Made by a program: the position numbers and the translations under genes. This document shows positions 62,998 to 64,000 of a stretch of DNA of 64,000 nt, one piece after another; the first letter of the stretch is position 1; each line of letters starts with the position of its first letter. Below the pieces are notes generated by a model. The model was not told where the DNA came from. It did no database searches and saw only the letters and a list, made by a program, of their open reading frames with translations. This DNA comes from Hemiscyllium ocellatum. Lineage: Eukaryota. Location of the stretch: positions 2,604,001 through 2,668,000 of the forward strand of contig NC_083418.1 of NCBI RefSeq assembly GCF_020745735.1. Direction: 5' to 3'.

Positions 62998-63005
62998 ATG
63001 CAACC
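62998..63005 (-). promoter_or_regulatory. Possible degenerate Ig promoter octamer
   Basis: ATGCAACC on the + strand (6/8 match to ATGCAAAT), about 70 bp upstream of the leader ATG. Position fits, match is weak. Confidence 0.25.
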
Positions 63006-63189
63006 TGTGAGAGTCTTACTGACCGTTCCTCAGTACATACGAGACATCGAACACAGAAAGCCACGTCAGCCCCTTGCACTTCCACCTCTCTCTTTTCCAT
63101 TTCACGATGTGGACTCTCTCACACTGTATTTATATTTACGCCTGATTCGCTGCTTCGCTTTCTGTCTACATTTATCAATTCCTCCATTC

Positions 63190-63440
63190 CCAATGCCAAC
63201 TCTATTTTGTGTCTCTGTCTGTCTCCATGTCTTGATGTCTGTCTCTCAATATGATGGTTCGTCTCTCTCCGCCTTCCTTTGTATTTGTGTTTACCTCTGT
63301 CTCTGCCTCTCTCACACTCATCATCTTTCAACTATCTCTCTAACTGTTTTTCACTCCTTTCTCTGTGTCCTCAATACTTTATTGAGAAAATTAGTCTCTC
63401 CCATCCTCCATATTTCTCCTATTCTCTCCTGATCTCTGTC
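63190..63440. repeat. TC-rich tract upstream of the Ig V promoter
   Basis: Imperfect (TC)n/(TG)n. Confidence 0.7.
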
Positions 63441-64000
63441 GCTTCGTAACACTGAGTCTGGGAGCAGCAGTTAAGTGTCAACTCATTCTCTCAGTTCATC
63501 TCAAAAAGTGGATCAATCTATTTCACTCTGTTTTAGTTACACATTCATTGACGTGAAGCGCTTCATTATATCTATGTAGGTTAACAAATACCAGACCATA
63601 ATAATCGTATTCTGCAACTCTTCATTCATACCCATGATGGCTACAGCAACAAGTGAATATCTAATTTCTATTTCAACTTTCTGAGAATTTGAGATTCTAT
63701 CAGTATTTCAGTCAGTGAGTTTAAGTCACCCACCGCACTCCGGGTGAAAATATTTCACCTCAATACTCTTCTCAGCATCTGAGTGTGATCTCTTGTCAAC
63801 ATGTCAAATTCTACCAGAATGGACAGACTCGGTACGTGAACCGGGCGACACAATCTCAGAGAATACAGGTTGGAGATGTCTCCACTCAGAGCGTGGTCAA
63901 CCTGTGGAATTCAGTGTCACAGAAGCTTGAGGAGGAGAAGATACTGAGCATATTTAAGAGAAAGAGGGAGATTCATTTATAGGGTTTAACAACATCAACG

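Overview
Eukaryotic genomic DNA, almost certainly from a cartilaginous fish. Evidence: shark-type Ig kappa sequences, HE1/V-SINE-like SINEs and CR1 LINEs with (TTCTATG)n tails. A carpet shark is my guess from the repeat style, not established. The window is mostly retroelement debris: CR1 LINEs, several Penelope-like (PLE, RT plus GIY-YIG) families, Rex1/Babar, a Gmr1-like Gypsy remnant, a solo LTR and SINEs. It also holds a 46-bp minisatellite, two decayed C2H2 zinc-finger arrays and two assembly gaps. The only recognisable host immune gene is an Ig kappa (shark type III/NS4-like) light-chain cluster on the minus strand at 56141-62928. Its V and J are already fused in frame with no RSS, while the leader and J-C introns remain. 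This is a germline-joined VJ gene, now pseudogenised by two splice-site mutations and two frameshifts. The second notable signal is a set of about 12 minimal hammerhead-ribozyme motifs (CUGANGA-N-stem II-GAAA-palindrome-H) at the 3' ends of several PLE families and inside short hairpin elements flanked by target-site duplications (TSDs). Family assignments come from motif recognition and recall, not database searches. Ends of degenerate repeats are approximate.
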